DNA of 64,000 nt. It comes from an uncultured Oligoflexus sp. (GTDB lineage: Bacteria; Bdellovibrionota_B; Oligoflexia; Oligoflexales; Oligoflexaceae). The notes under the pieces are model-generated. The model saw nothing but the letters and a program-made list of their open reading frames with translations. It ran no database searches and was not told the DNA's origin. The translations under genes were made by a program, and so were the position numbers. The stretch lies in the NCBI GenBank assembly GCA_964236955.1, contig CAXSGP010000006.1:21617-85616 (forward strand). The letters run 5' to 3'. This document shows, one piece after another, positions 10,094 through 18,970 of the stretch. Within the stretch, counting starts at the first letter, position 1; each line of letters starts with the position of its first letter.

Positions 10094-11185
10094 ATGGACT
10101 ATTCCATGCCGCAGCTGCTCAAAGCTCTCGTTCAACAGGGAGGCAGTGACCTTCATATTGCAGCGGGTTCGCCACCTCGTATCCGTGTCGATGGACAAAT
10201 CGTTCCGCTCAATCTGCCGCCCATGCCGGCGCAAAAAACTTTGGATCTCTGCTATAGCGTTCTAACCGAAGCGCAAAAAAAACAATTCGAACAAAAAAAG
10301 GAGCTGGATCTCTCCTTCTCAATTCCAAGTATCTCCCGGTTTCGTGCCAATATCTACTTTCAACAGGGCAACGTCTCCGGTGCCTTTCGAGTGATCTCGC
10401 ACCGCATCCTGACCCTCGATGAACTCGGGAGTCCACCTATCCTTAAAAAACTCTGCACCTTGCCCCGCGGCTTGGTCCTGGTTACCGGCCCGACCGGCTC
10501 GGGCAAATCAACAACGCTGGCCGGCATGATAAATCAAGTCAACGAATCCCGCTACGACCATATCGTGACGATAGAAGATCCTATCGAATACGTGCACACC
10601 CATAAAAACTGCGTCGTCAACCAACGCGAGCTGGGCGAAGACACCTCGACCTTCACGGCGGCACTCAAGTCCGTTCTACGTCAAGATCCTGACGTCATTC
10701 TCATCGGTGAAATGCGGGATCCTGAGACGATTTCCGCAGCCCTCACCATTGCCGAAACGGGTCACTTGGTGTTTGGCACGCTGCATACGAACGGGGCGAT
10801 TTCAAGCATCAACCGTATCGTCGATTCGTTTCCTCCCCATCAGCAGTCGCAGGTTCGTACTCAGCTGGCTATGAGCCTTGAGGCCGTGCTCTCGCAAACT
10901 CTTTTGCCCCGGGTGGAAGGAGGGCGCGTGATGGTGATGGAGATCCTCATCATGAACAGCGCAGTAAAAGCCCTGATCCAGGAGGGAAAAGTCCAGCAAA
11001 TCTATTCGACCATGCAAATGGGGCAATCCGGGACGGGCATGCAGACCATGAATCAAGCGCTTTACAATCTGGTCCAAAGGCGAACCATTGCCAAGGATCT
11101 CGCCATTCAAAAAAGCCCAAATCCCGACGAACTGCTGGAAATGTTCATTGACAACAAAGCCAAAGGCCCAAGCAAAGGCCGATAG
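10094..11185 (+). CDS. pilT: Type IV pilus retraction ATPase
   Basis: GSDLHI, GPTGSGKST, TIEDPIE, LRQDPDVILIGEMRD, AETGHLVFGTLHT, GMQTM. Confidence 0.93.
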   Translation: MDYSMPQLLKALVQQGGSDLHIAAGSPPRIRVDGQIVPLNLPPMPAQKTLDLCYSVLTEAQKKQFEQKKELDLSFSIPSISRFRANIYFQQGNVSGAFRVISHRILTLDELGSPPILKKLCTLPRGLVLVTGPTGSGKSTTLAGMINQVNESRYDHIVTIEDPIEYVHTHKNCVVNQRELGEDTSTFTAALKSVLRQDPDVILIGEMRDPETISAALTIAETGHLVFGTLHTNGAISSINRIVDSFPPHQQSQVRTQLAMSLEAVLSQTLLPRVEGGRVMVMEILIMNSAVKALIQEGKVQQIYSTMQMGQSGTGMQTMNQALYNLVQRRTIAKDLAIQKSPNPDELLEMFIDNKAKGPSKGR

Positions 11186-11193
11186 GATGACGA

Positions 11194-12459
11194 ATGCCGA
11201 ATTATCAATACCGCGCTAAAAATCGGGCCGGAAAAATCATCAATGGTGAAGTCAGTTCCGTCGATAAGAATGGGGCCAAGGTCGCGCTCGCCAACAAGGG
11301 CCTAAAGATCATGCGCCTGGTAACTCAGGAGGCGTCGAACAGCGGCAGCTCGAATTCCAACTTTCTTTCGCGTATCTTTGCCAAGGACAAACAAGGGAAA
11401 ATGCAGATTCGTCTGGGCTCGCAGTTGCCGACGACCAAGGAATTGGCGCTCTTCACCAAACAGTTTTCCCTGATGATTGAAAACGGGATCCCCATGCTGC
11501 AATCGCTGCAGATGCTGGCCGATCAGCAGCGTAAGATGGATTTTGCCGAGATAATTGGCAAGGTCAACCGCTCAATTGAAAGCGGCTCGACGCTCACCGA
11601 TGCGCTCGAGCAGTACCCCTTAGTCTTTGACCAGCTCTTCGTAGCCATGACGCGGGCCGGCGAAGCCTCGGGTCGTCTCGATGTTATTTTAAAGCAGCTG
11701 GTGACCTACATTGAAAAAGCCGCCAAACTCAAAGCCCAGGTAAAATCGGCAATGGCGTATCCCGTCATCATTGTCTGTGTGGCCGTCGGAGTTGTGACAC
11801 TTCTTCTCGTTTTCGTTGTGCCAACCTTTGCCAAACAGTTCACTGACAGTGGCCAGGAGCTCCCTGGAATCACCGCCATGGTCATCGATATGTCGAATCT
11901 TCTGGTCAACCGCTGGATGGAGATTATCGGGGGCTTGTTTGCAGCATTCTTTGCCGTAAAATGGTGGGCTAAAACCCCGGTCGGCAAGTCCCAGATCGAC
12001 ACTTACATTCTCAAGGCACCCATCCTGGGCGACGTCATGACCAAGATCGCGGTAGGGCGCTTCTGCTCGACGATGTCGACGATGATGAGTTCGGGCGTTG
12101 CTATTCTTGAAGCCCTGAATATCTGCGCAGCCTCATCAGGCAACACGCGAATTGAAGAGTTTGTTCTCAACGTCCGCGATGAAATATCGAAGGGCTCCAC
12201 CTTCTCCGACCCCTTGGGCAATGGCACACTTTTCCCCAAGATGGTGATTTCCATGGTCGCGGTTGGCGAGTCGACGGGTACCCTGGATGAAACACTTAAA
12301 AAAGTCACCGATATCTATGATGAAGAAGTCGACAATGCAATCGCCGCGATGATGTCCATGATTGAACCGCTTATGATCGTCGTGATCGGTGGCATCGTCG
12401 GCTTTATCGTGATCGCCATGTACCTGCCGATCTTCTCGCTCGCGGGAACCTTGGGCTAA
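11194..12459 (+). CDS. pilC: Type IV pilus platform protein (GspF/PilC family)
   Basis: AGEASGRLD, AMAYP, VGESTGTLD, IEPLMIV...MYLPIF. Confidence 0.93.
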   Translation: MPNYQYRAKNRAGKIINGEVSSVDKNGAKVALANKGLKIMRLVTQEASNSGSSNSNFLSRIFAKDKQGKMQIRLGSQLPTTKELALFTKQFSLMIENGIPMLQSLQMLADQQRKMDFAEIIGKVNRSIESGSTLTDALEQYPLVFDQLFVAMTRAGEASGRLDVILKQLVTYIEKAAKLKAQVKSAMAYPVIIVCVAVGVVTLLLVFVVPTFAKQFTDSGQELPGITAMVIDMSNLLVNRWMEIIGGLFAAFFAVKWWAKTPVGKSQIDTYILKAPILGDVMTKIAVGRFCSTMSTMMSSGVAILEALNICAASSGNTRIEEFVLNVRDEISKGSTFSDPLGNGTLFPKMVISMVAVGESTGTLDETLKKVTDIYDEEVDNAIAAMMSMIEPLMIVVIGGIVGFIVIAMYLPIFSLAGTLG

Positions 12460-12686
12460 GTGATCTTTTTGGTCCATTTATTCATACATTCCGGACAGCT
12501 GTAGTGATAGCTGTCACCTTTTACACTGCTGACTTCAGGCCCTTGATGCTGGCATCGGGGGCATGGCTCTTGGCGGTGATTGTAGGGACAAAGGGAATTG
12601 CGGCAGCGCCAGTTGTCGGCGGCGCCTTCCTTCATCGGGCCCTGACAGCTTGGGCAACGATCTCTCGTTCTTCGTTCTTGATCCAT
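12456..12686 (-). CDS. Small double zinc-ribbon protein (76 aa)
   Basis: CPSC, CRNSLC, CPRC, CPEC; ATG 15 nt after the stop of the upstream minus-strand gene. Confidence 0.7.
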   Translation of the reverse strand: MDQERRTRDRCPSCQGPMKEGAADNWRCRNSLCPYNHRQEPCPRCQHQGPEVSSVKGDSYHYSCPECMNKWTKKIT

Positions 12687-12700
12687 AAGGGGGCGACTTC

Positions 12701-13396
12701 CTAATTGAGAGGGGCAGACCGTGACTTCCACAATTGTAGCAGCTTCCTCGACACGACCGGAAGCAGTCCCAGCAGGGCAAAGGCAATCCAAAGCCGTGGC
12801 GACATCACGTCGCGGGCACTTTCAATCTCATTGACTTGGGTACCGGCATAGACGTAGACGATCGTTCCCGGCAGCATTCCAAGCTGACTCACCCCGACAA
12901 AGGTTGCGAGGGGAATCGGGGTCAAACCCATAAGCAGATTGACAAGGAAAAAAGGAAAAACGGGAATCACCCGCAGACTAAAGAGGTAAAAGCCGCCCTC
13001 ATTTTTGAAGCCTCTATTGATGAGATTAAGCTTTTCCCCATATCTTTGCTGCAGCCGCTTGCGAAAAAGGTAACGGGCGCTCAAAAATGCCAGAGTAGCC
13101 CCGCAGGTACTGGCAATCGATGCAAGGACCACGGCCAATCCGACTCCAAAGACAGCGCCTCCGGCCAGGGTAAAAACAGTGGCTCCTGGAAACGACAGGG
13201 CCGCGATCAAAATGTAGGCGAGCGTATAGGTCGCCGCAAAGAGGATTTGATTTTGCTCGTACCAGGCAAGGAGCTGATCTCGATGCGCCTGCAGAACCTC
13301 CAAGGTAACAAAACGATGAAGGCCGGCGAGAAAAAAAACGATGACGAGCATCAGGGCGCCGACCAGCAGCAGGGGCTTATAAAACTTATGGGGCAT
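12701..13396 (-). CDS. TVP38/TMEM64 (DedA superfamily) membrane protein
   Basis: PGATVFTLAGGAVFG, AFLSARY, LRVIPVFPFFLVN, GMLPGTIVYVYAG. Confidence 0.92.
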   Translation of the reverse strand: MPHKFYKPLLLVGALMLVIVFFLAGLHRFVTLEVLQAHRDQLLAWYEQNQILFAATYTLAYILIAALSFPGATVFTLAGGAVFGVGLAVVLASIASTCGATLAFLSARYLFRKRLQQRYGEKLNLINRGFKNEGGFYLFSLRVIPVFPFFLVNLLMGLTPIPLATFVGVSQLGMLPGTIVYVYAGTQVNEIESARDVMSPRLWIAFALLGLLPVVSRKLLQLWKSRSAPLN

Positions 13397-13414
13397 GGGC
13401 CTTCCTCGGCTTCG

Positions 13415-14275
13415 CTAGACAAACACGCCGTCATTGGCGGTCGCAGCTTGCATGTGATACCAGAGAGGAATGATCTGTCTCAAAAGTACCGAGGCCTGCT
13501 CGACCGAAAGCTGTGTGGCGGCATCACTCTTCGCTTTATTGGGATTGGAATGAACCTCGAGAAAAAACCCATCGAGATAACCGGTCGCGGCTGCAGCCCG
13601 GGCTAAAACGGGCGCAAAGTTTCTCAGCCCCCCCGAAATCTCCCCGCCGCTCCCACCGGCCGCCGGCAGCTGGAGACTGTGGGTGATGTCAAAAATTACG
13701 GGCGCTCCCAGATCACTCATCACCTTAAGGCCGCGCATGTCTACAATCAAATTACCATAGCCAAAGGTCACACCTCGCTCCGTCAGGGCAAAGTTTGGCT
13801 TAAGACCCTTCTCTTCGGCAGCCGCAACCATTTTACTGATGATATGTTGGGCATTTTCCGGTGCTAAAAATTGGCCTTTTTTGACATTTACGGCGCGGCC
13901 GGTTTGCGCTGCAGCTACCAAAAGATCAGTTTGACGGCATAAAAATGCTGGAATTTGCAGGACATCGATCACTTCCGCCGCTTCCGCAATCTGCACCGTC
14001 TCGTGCACATCCGTCAAAACCGGCAGGTCTTTATATTTCGATTTTATAGTATGGAACCACTTGAGCGTTTGGGTCAGACCGGGGCCTCGATAGCTGCCAA
14101 TCGAGGTCCGATTGGCCTTATCAAAGCTTGCCTTAAAGATAAGATCGAATTTTAATTCCTGGCTCAAGGCGTAAAGGGGAGCCACAACTTCTTCTAAAAG
14201 TTCCAGCGACTCGGCCATACACGGACCGGCAATCAGTGTGGGTCGGCTCGGCTTGCGGGAAAATGAAAAGGCCAT
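13415..14275 (-). CDS. kdsA: 3-deoxy-8-phosphooctulonate (KDO8P) synthase
   Basis: IAGPC, KASFDKANRTS, QIPAFLCRQTDLL, NVKKGQF, ERG..FGY, DITHSLQ; ATG 8 nt after AGGAG. Confidence 0.96.
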   Translation of the reverse strand: MAFSFSRKPSRPTLIAGPCMAESLELLEEVVAPLYALSQELKFDLIFKASFDKANRTSIGSYRGPGLTQTLKWFHTIKSKYKDLPVLTDVHETVQIAEAAEVIDVLQIPAFLCRQTDLLVAAAQTGRAVNVKKGQFLAPENAQHIISKMVAAAEEKGLKPNFALTERGVTFGYGNLIVDMRGLKVMSDLGAPVIFDITHSLQLPAAGGSGGEISGGLRNFAPVLARAAAATGYLDGFFLEVHSNPNKAKSDAATQLSVEQASVLLRQIIPLWYHMQAATANDGVFV

Positions 14276-14422
14276 ATGCCTCACTCCTCTCTTAAATTAT
14301 GCGGGCAGAACGAATATTTTCACAATCGACTAGGTCTCTCGACCTGATATTTGATAGCCTAGAAAGGTTGGCTTGAGCTAGTCAAAGACTTTCGTCAGAT
14401 TAAAATCCTGACCAAGAAAGTA

Positions 14423-14451
14423 TTGACAACAAGGCCTGCCTGCTTTAATTA
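14423..14451 (+). promoter_or_regulatory. Possible sigma70 promoter for tRNA-Phe/secG/tRNA-Leu
   Basis: Perfect TTGACA (14423-14428), 17-nt spacer, AT-rich TAATTA; about 22 nt upstream of the tRNA. Confidence 0.45.
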
Positions 14452-14473
14452 CTAAGCTCCCTTTCGGGAAAGT

Positions 14474-14549
14474 GGCTTCTTAGCTCAGTCGGTAGAGCAG
14501 TGGATTGAAAATCCACGTGTCCCCAGTTCGATTCTGGGAGAAGCCACCA
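14474..14549 (+). tRNA. tRNA-Phe (GAA)
   Basis: Cloverleaf GGCTTCT/AGAAGCC, anticodon arm GTGGA-TTGAAAA-TCCAC, TTCGA T-loop, encoded CCA. Confidence 0.97.
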
Positions 14550-14570
14550 TAAGTTTCTATCGGTGGTGGC

Positions 14571-14927
14571 ATGGATATTTTTCTCACAACCGTACATACG
14601 CTGGCTGCCCTCTTTTTAATCTTCGTGATTATTATTCAGGGCGGTAATTCGGGTGGTGTTGGCGCTGCTTTTGGTGGTGGTAACTCAACAGGTCTTTTTG
14701 GAGCCTCGGGAGCTACTTCGTTCTTAGGTAAAGTCACATACGGAATGGCAGCAGTTTTTATGATCTCAAGCATCACGCTCTCAGTTCGGACCGGAACCTC
14801 TGGTAAAACAGGTTTGACGAAACGACTTGAGCAACAGGCTGGAGCAGTAAAAACAGATTCAGCAAAACCTGCTGAACCGACTCCCGCAGCTCCTGTTGGA
14901 ACGACTCCCGTGCCCGTAGGGCAATAA
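14571..14927 (+). CDS. secG: Preprotein translocase subunit SecG
   Basis: Two TM helices around IIQGG...GAAFGGG...FGASGATSFLGKVT; followed by tRNA-Leu(GAG) as in many bacteria. Confidence 0.93.
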   Translation: MDIFLTTVHTLAALFLIFVIIIQGGNSGGVGAAFGGGNSTGLFGASGATSFLGKVTYGMAAVFMISSITLSVRTGTSGKTGLTKRLEQQAGAVKTDSAKPAEPTPAAPVGTTPVPVGQ

Positions 14928-14940
14928 GTCTGCTTTGTTT

Positions 14941-15025
14941 GCTCAGGTGGTGGAATTGGTAGACACGCATGTTTGAGGGGCATGTGCCGTAAGGTGTGCG
15001 GGTTCGAGTCCCGCCCTGAGCACCA
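14941..15025 (+). tRNA. tRNA-Leu (GAG)
   Basis: GCTCAGG/CCTGAGC acceptor, CATGT-TTGAGGG-GCATG anticodon arm, long variable arm, CCA. Confidence 0.97.
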
Positions 15026-15041
15026 TACTACAAAACTCTCG

Positions 15042-15079
15042 AAACCCAGACGGCTCATGGCTTTCTGGGTTTTTCTTTT
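15042..15079 (+). terminator. Rho-independent terminator after tRNA-Leu
   Basis: AAACCCAGA...TCTGGGTTT stem followed by TTCTTTT. Confidence 0.65.
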
Positions 15080-15179
15080 GCCCCCGGATCTCCTTGCCGA
15101 AGGCACAACAAAGGCACAAACCCTTTCGGACCAAGATGCAAAAGGTCAATCTAACTCGTAATGGCGGATATATTACAGG

Positions 15180-15788
15180 GTGGCTCAATACGAGGTACTT
15201 CACAAAGGAAAATCGGTCATGATCCCTAATTTAAGGCATGTGCCACCAAAGCGTTTATTTAAATGGCTCAAAGAAAAAGGGGCAGATAAAGCCGAATTTC
15301 AAGATCGGTCAGCACTTGAGCATTACACCGGTACATACTCAGTATTAAAAGATTGGAATAACACTGAAGACATCTGCAATGCGGGTCTTTTTCACGGAAT
15401 TTACATGGATGCTTATTTTAAGGGACATGATGCGACTCAAGATTATCGAGCGGCTATTCGTTCATTAATCGGAGAAAAATCAGAAGCTTTAGCGTACCTG
15501 CATTGTGCGATCAATCGAAGGAAGTTCATCCAGGAGTTGAAAGATGACGTGCCATCCGAAGTGTTCGACAACTATCTCCAAACGAGCCATCAGATAAATC
15601 ATTCTGAAATCAAAGCATTATCTGAAATGATATGGGCTAACGCCTTTGAACAATTCTATGTTTTTGGAGTTTATCCAGAGGAAAGAGAGCTGCATTTCAA
15701 AATCTTAAACGACTCAATGAAATGGGTTAGTGAAGGTGCTAAAGCAGCATTCGATAGAAAACTTTCGGAATGGTTCAAGTCAGGCTGA
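15180..15788 (+). CDS. DUF6817-like hypothetical protein
   Basis: LEHYTGTYSVLKDW...ICNAGLFHGIY...IRSLIGEKSEALAY resembles the H..GT..LL..W...C.AGLFHS.Y family from recall; AT-rich. Confidence 0.65.
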   Translation: MAQYEVLHKGKSVMIPNLRHVPPKRLFKWLKEKGADKAEFQDRSALEHYTGTYSVLKDWNNTEDICNAGLFHGIYMDAYFKGHDATQDYRAAIRSLIGEKSEALAYLHCAINRRKFIQELKDDVPSEVFDNYLQTSHQINHSEIKALSEMIWANAFEQFYVFGVYPEERELHFKILNDSMKWVSEGAKAAFDRKLSEWFKSG

Positions 15789-16841
15789 TCATTCACAGCG
15801 CTTCCGATTGCGCCTATGGATCTGCTCAATGGTCTCGTGCAACACCCTTTCATCCTCGGCCCCAACCGAGGCTATCGCCTCTTCCAACCGCGGATCCTGC
15901 ATCTCGCATAAAGCAATAAGAGCATTCCGCCGTAAGCCCGAGCGTTTCGCCCGTGTGGCGGGAGTTCCCCCAAAAAAGGCCACATAATAGGCTTGGCTCA
16001 TACAGGCAATAGCAAAGGGATCGACTTGAGCTGCCTTTAAAATCACCTCCTCTTTGGAAACGACCTGGCTGCGATTGTAAGGGCAGGCCAGCTGGCAGAG
16101 GTCACAGCCAAAAAGATAGGTCTTCACCCAAGGCCAAAATTCTTCAGGAATAGTTCCGCGATGCTCGATCGTCCAATAGGATAAACATTTGCGGGCATCG
16201 AGTCGAAAGGCTTCGTCCAAGGCGCCAGTGGGACAATAAACCTGGCAGCGCTTGCAGGATCCACAGCCACCAGCTTCTGTCCGGAACGCAGGGTCAAGCG
16301 GCGGCTTAACATCAGCCGCCATGATTTCCTGGTCAAGCAAAATTTCCGAAAGTAAAAACATACTGCCTTTTTCAGGATGAATGTAGCAGGTGTTCTTGCC
16401 GATAAAGCCTTTGCTGGTTCGATTGGCGAGTGCGCGTTCAAGCAGCGGCGCACTATCCACCAGAACCCGGCTGTTCAGATCGGGAAAGCGTCCTTTCAGC
16501 TCAGCGACTATCGCTTCTCCACGCCTTCGCAGACTCTTATGATAATCCTTGAGCCGCGCATACTGAGCAATACGCGCCGTACCCTGGAGAGCCTCGCTTA
16601 ATCTGTCGCCCTGATAATAATTGAGACCAAAGATCAGAGCCTGTTTAGCGCCCTCCAAAAGTCCCGTCGGGTTTTCCCGCAAAGGCAGATTTTTTTCTAA
16701 AAATCCCATCTCGGCGTGAAAGCCTTTGTCCAACCATTCCTTAAACAGGGTAAAGGTTGGCTCCGGCCCCAGATTGACCAGCCCTAAAAATTCAAGATTG
16801 TGCTGTTGAAACAGCCCGGCCAGCTCATCCTGTAATAACAG
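15789..16841 (-). CDS. queG: Epoxyqueuosine reductase (probable CTG start)
   Basis: IAQYAR..DYH, VDSAPLLER, GFIGKN, CGSCKRCQVYCPTGA, CLSYWTIE, GCDLCQLACPYN; frame stays open upstream of the TTG at 16733. Confidence 0.92.
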   Translation of the reverse strand: MLLQDELAGLFQQHNLEFLGLVNLGPEPTFTLFKEWLDKGFHAEMGFLEKNLPLRENPTGLLEGAKQALIFGLNYYQGDRLSEALQGTARIAQYARLKDYHKSLRRRGEAIVAELKGRFPDLNSRVLVDSAPLLERALANRTSKGFIGKNTCYIHPEKGSMFLLSEILLDQEIMAADVKPPLDPAFRTEAGGCGSCKRCQVYCPTGALDEAFRLDARKCLSYWTIEHRGTIPEEFWPWVKTYLFGCDLCQLACPYNRSQVVSKEEVILKAAQVDPFAIACMSQAYYVAFFGGTPATRAKRSGLRRNALIALCEMQDPRLEEAIASVGAEDERVLHETIEQIHRRNRKRCE

Positions 16842-16852
16842 AGGGACTCCTG

Positions 16853-17692
16853 CTACTTTTTTCGCTCAAGTGCCGTCTTCATATCAGAAAAACTCGCAGA
16901 CTGCCCCCACCAAAGCGACTGCGAAAGCAAGGCCTGGTGAATCAGCATGGCAATCCCGTCTTGACATGGTATACGCCGCAGTTCTGCCTCTTTAAGGAGG
17001 GCCGAGGGTGTGCCATAGACCAAATCAACAAAAGCGCCTTTGAGAAAAGCCAGCGAGGGGACAAAGCGTTCCAAAGCATCACCCCGCAGTGGTGAGCTAG
17101 TGCCTTGAATCAAAAGGGAATTTGGATAGGCCCTGAGAATTTTATCCAATTGCTCGGGCTCAAAATCAACAAATTGAATGGCAAGCTCGCGGCTTTCGTC
17201 AGGCTGAGGGGTCCGTCGCAGCACATAGACGGGTAGCCCGGGTTTCTCACTTTGCACCTTGGCCAGCAAGGCTTTGCTTGCCCCGCCGTAGCCCATAAAA
17301 ATAACAGCGGTAAAATCGCCAAGCGTCCGCTCGATTTCGCCAAGCCCGGCACAAAAGCCTGCCGCATCGGTACTCGATACCTCCCAATGGCTGAGCCTTG
17401 AAACCAAAGTATTGGCTGTCGTTAAGGGATTCGATTCGTTTTGATTCAGAAGTTTGGCAACCGTCTCCTTATAGGGAAGGGTGACGTTGAAACCGAAGCA
17501 ATTGGCCGTGAGCATGAGATCGAAGAACGCTCGCCCATGAGCCTCGGCAAAATCAAAAGCATGATAGACGATGTCGAATCCGAGCAGAGCCGCTGACCTA
17601 TTGTGAATGAAGGGAGAGAGGGAGTGCGAAAGTCCGCGCCCAATTAGGCCTCCAAATCGAGTTGAACCCGTTATCCTGAACTTGGTTTCCAC
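16853..17692 (-). CDS. aroE: Shikimate dehydrogenase
   Basis: HSLSPFIHN, GFNVTLPYKE, ANT, STD..GF, G.GGA, DLVY, DGIAMLIHQA; GTG after GAGGAG. Confidence 0.9.
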   Translation of the reverse strand: METKFRITGSTRFGGLIGRGLSHSLSPFIHNRSAALLGFDIVYHAFDFAEAHGRAFFDLMLTANCFGFNVTLPYKETVAKLLNQNESNPLTTANTLVSRLSHWEVSSTDAAGFCAGLGEIERTLGDFTAVIFMGYGGASKALLAKVQSEKPGLPVYVLRRTPQPDESRELAIQFVDFEPEQLDKILRAYPNSLLIQGTSSPLRGDALERFVPSLAFLKGAFVDLVYGTPSALLKEAELRRIPCQDGIAMLIHQALLSQSLWWGQSASFSDMKTALERKK

Positions 17693-17835
17693 AACTTTCT
17701 CCTCGCGTCTTAGTGGGGCGCTTCCGTGCGGCCATCGCACGATTGTCGGCAAAGGCCTTACTAGGATCAATGGTTATAAATACTTAAGTTTTTTAGGGTC
17801 CAGCGTTCTTAGCCGCCCAAAGGCTTACCCGTCCA

Positions 17836-17844
17836 TGATACAAT
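17836..17844 (+). promoter_or_regulatory. Possible extended -10 promoter upstream of ribF
   Basis: TGaTACAAT in the divergent aroE/ribF intergenic region. Confidence 0.35.
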
Positions 17845-18001
17845 AGTCAGCGCACCTTGGACCGAAGGCTAGATTTCATCTGCGATTGCGCATGGTGACC
17901 TGAGGATGTTAAAAATCGGAGCGGGTCTCTCCTCGCCTCCTTTATGAGCAGAAAAACGTATTTCGCAACCATGAGAGCGTGGGTCAGCAAAGGGCGATTC
18001 T

Positions 18002-18970
18002 TTGAAAGTTGTGCATCATAATTCTCTCGATCCAATTGAAGGTTTCACAGGGGCGAGTTCTCTCACCATAGGCAACTTCGATGGTTGTCACCTTGGCCAT
18101 CAAAAGTTGGTAAGCGTAGCCCATTCGCTCGCACGGCAGCAGCAGCTCCAGACTGTTGTGTTAACCTTTGATCCTCATCCCCGCGAATTTTTTATTCCAG
18201 ACGTATCGGTGCCGCGCTTGTTTCAACCCGAACAAAAGCTTAGGGCCCTGGCTGAACTTGGTGTCGAAACGGTAGTGATTCAAACATTCGACTACAGTTT
18301 CAGTCAACTCCCACCAGGCGAGTTTTGTGCCAATCTTTTGGCGGGAAAACTTAAGACTGAGGCCCTTACCGTTGGTTATGACTTTCGTTTTGGCAAAGGC
18401 CGAACGGGTACGATCAGCCATCTTCAGCAGTATCTGCCCGATTGCATTATCACAGAGGTTGGCGAGATTAAAATTGCTGAGGACATCGTCAGCAGCAGTA
18501 CGATTCGTAAACATCTGCAAATGAGCCAGATTCAGGTAGCCAATCAGCTCCTGGGCCGCTCTTATCTTTTAGAAGGCACGATTCAACGGGGCCGCCAGCT
18601 GGGGCGGACCATTGGCTTTCCGACAGCCAATATCGAGGTTAAACTGCAGATGCTGCCGCAAACCGGAGTCTACTGTGGATGGGCTATCCTGGAAAAGAAC
18701 GCCCCTATCTTTAGAGTTTCACCAGCCCGAATCCCTTGCATTATGAACATTGGCTATCGTCCTACCATAGCGCAAAGCGAGCCGCAGCTTTTAGTCGAAA
18801 CCCATCTGCTGGCAGGCACCTATGGACAAGACAGCCTTTATGAGAGTCCCATCAGTATTTACATTGAGGATCACCTGCGCGGGGAGCGAAAGTTTGCTTC
18901 GCTCGATGCCCTAAAAGAGCAGATTGAGCTTGATTGTCGGACAGCCAAGTTGAAACTCGAAGGTCTTTAG
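18002..18970 (+). CDS. ribF: Bifunctional riboflavin kinase / FAD synthetase
   Basis: TIGNFDGCHLGHQ, TFDPHP, GYDFRFG, SSSTIR, GRTIGFPTAN, NIGYRPT, ETH, LRGERKF. Confidence 0.96.
   Translation: MKVVHHNSLDPIEGFTGASSLTIGNFDGCHLGHQKLVSVAHSLARQQQLQTVVLTFDPHPREFFIPDVSVPRLFQPEQKLRALAELGVETVVIQTFDYSFSQLPPGEFCANLLAGKLKTEALTVGYDFRFGKGRTGTISHLQQYLPDCIITEVGEIKIAEDIVSSSTIRKHLQMSQIQVANQLLGRSYLLEGTIQRGRQLGRTIGFPTANIEVKLQMLPQTGVYCGWAILEKNAPIFRVSPARIPCIMNIGYRPTIAQSEPQLLVETHLLAGTYGQDSLYESPISIYIEDHLRGERKFASLDALKEQIELDCRTAKLKLEGL

Noticed and set aside
15772..15792. GGTTCAAGTCAGGCTGA as a degenerate att duplicate of the tRNA-Leu(GAG) 3' end
   Set aside because: Match is short and gapped and lies in coding sequence; compatible with chance
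17850..18001. Possible FMN riboswitch upstream of ribF
   Set aside because: None of the conserved RFN sequence blocks are present
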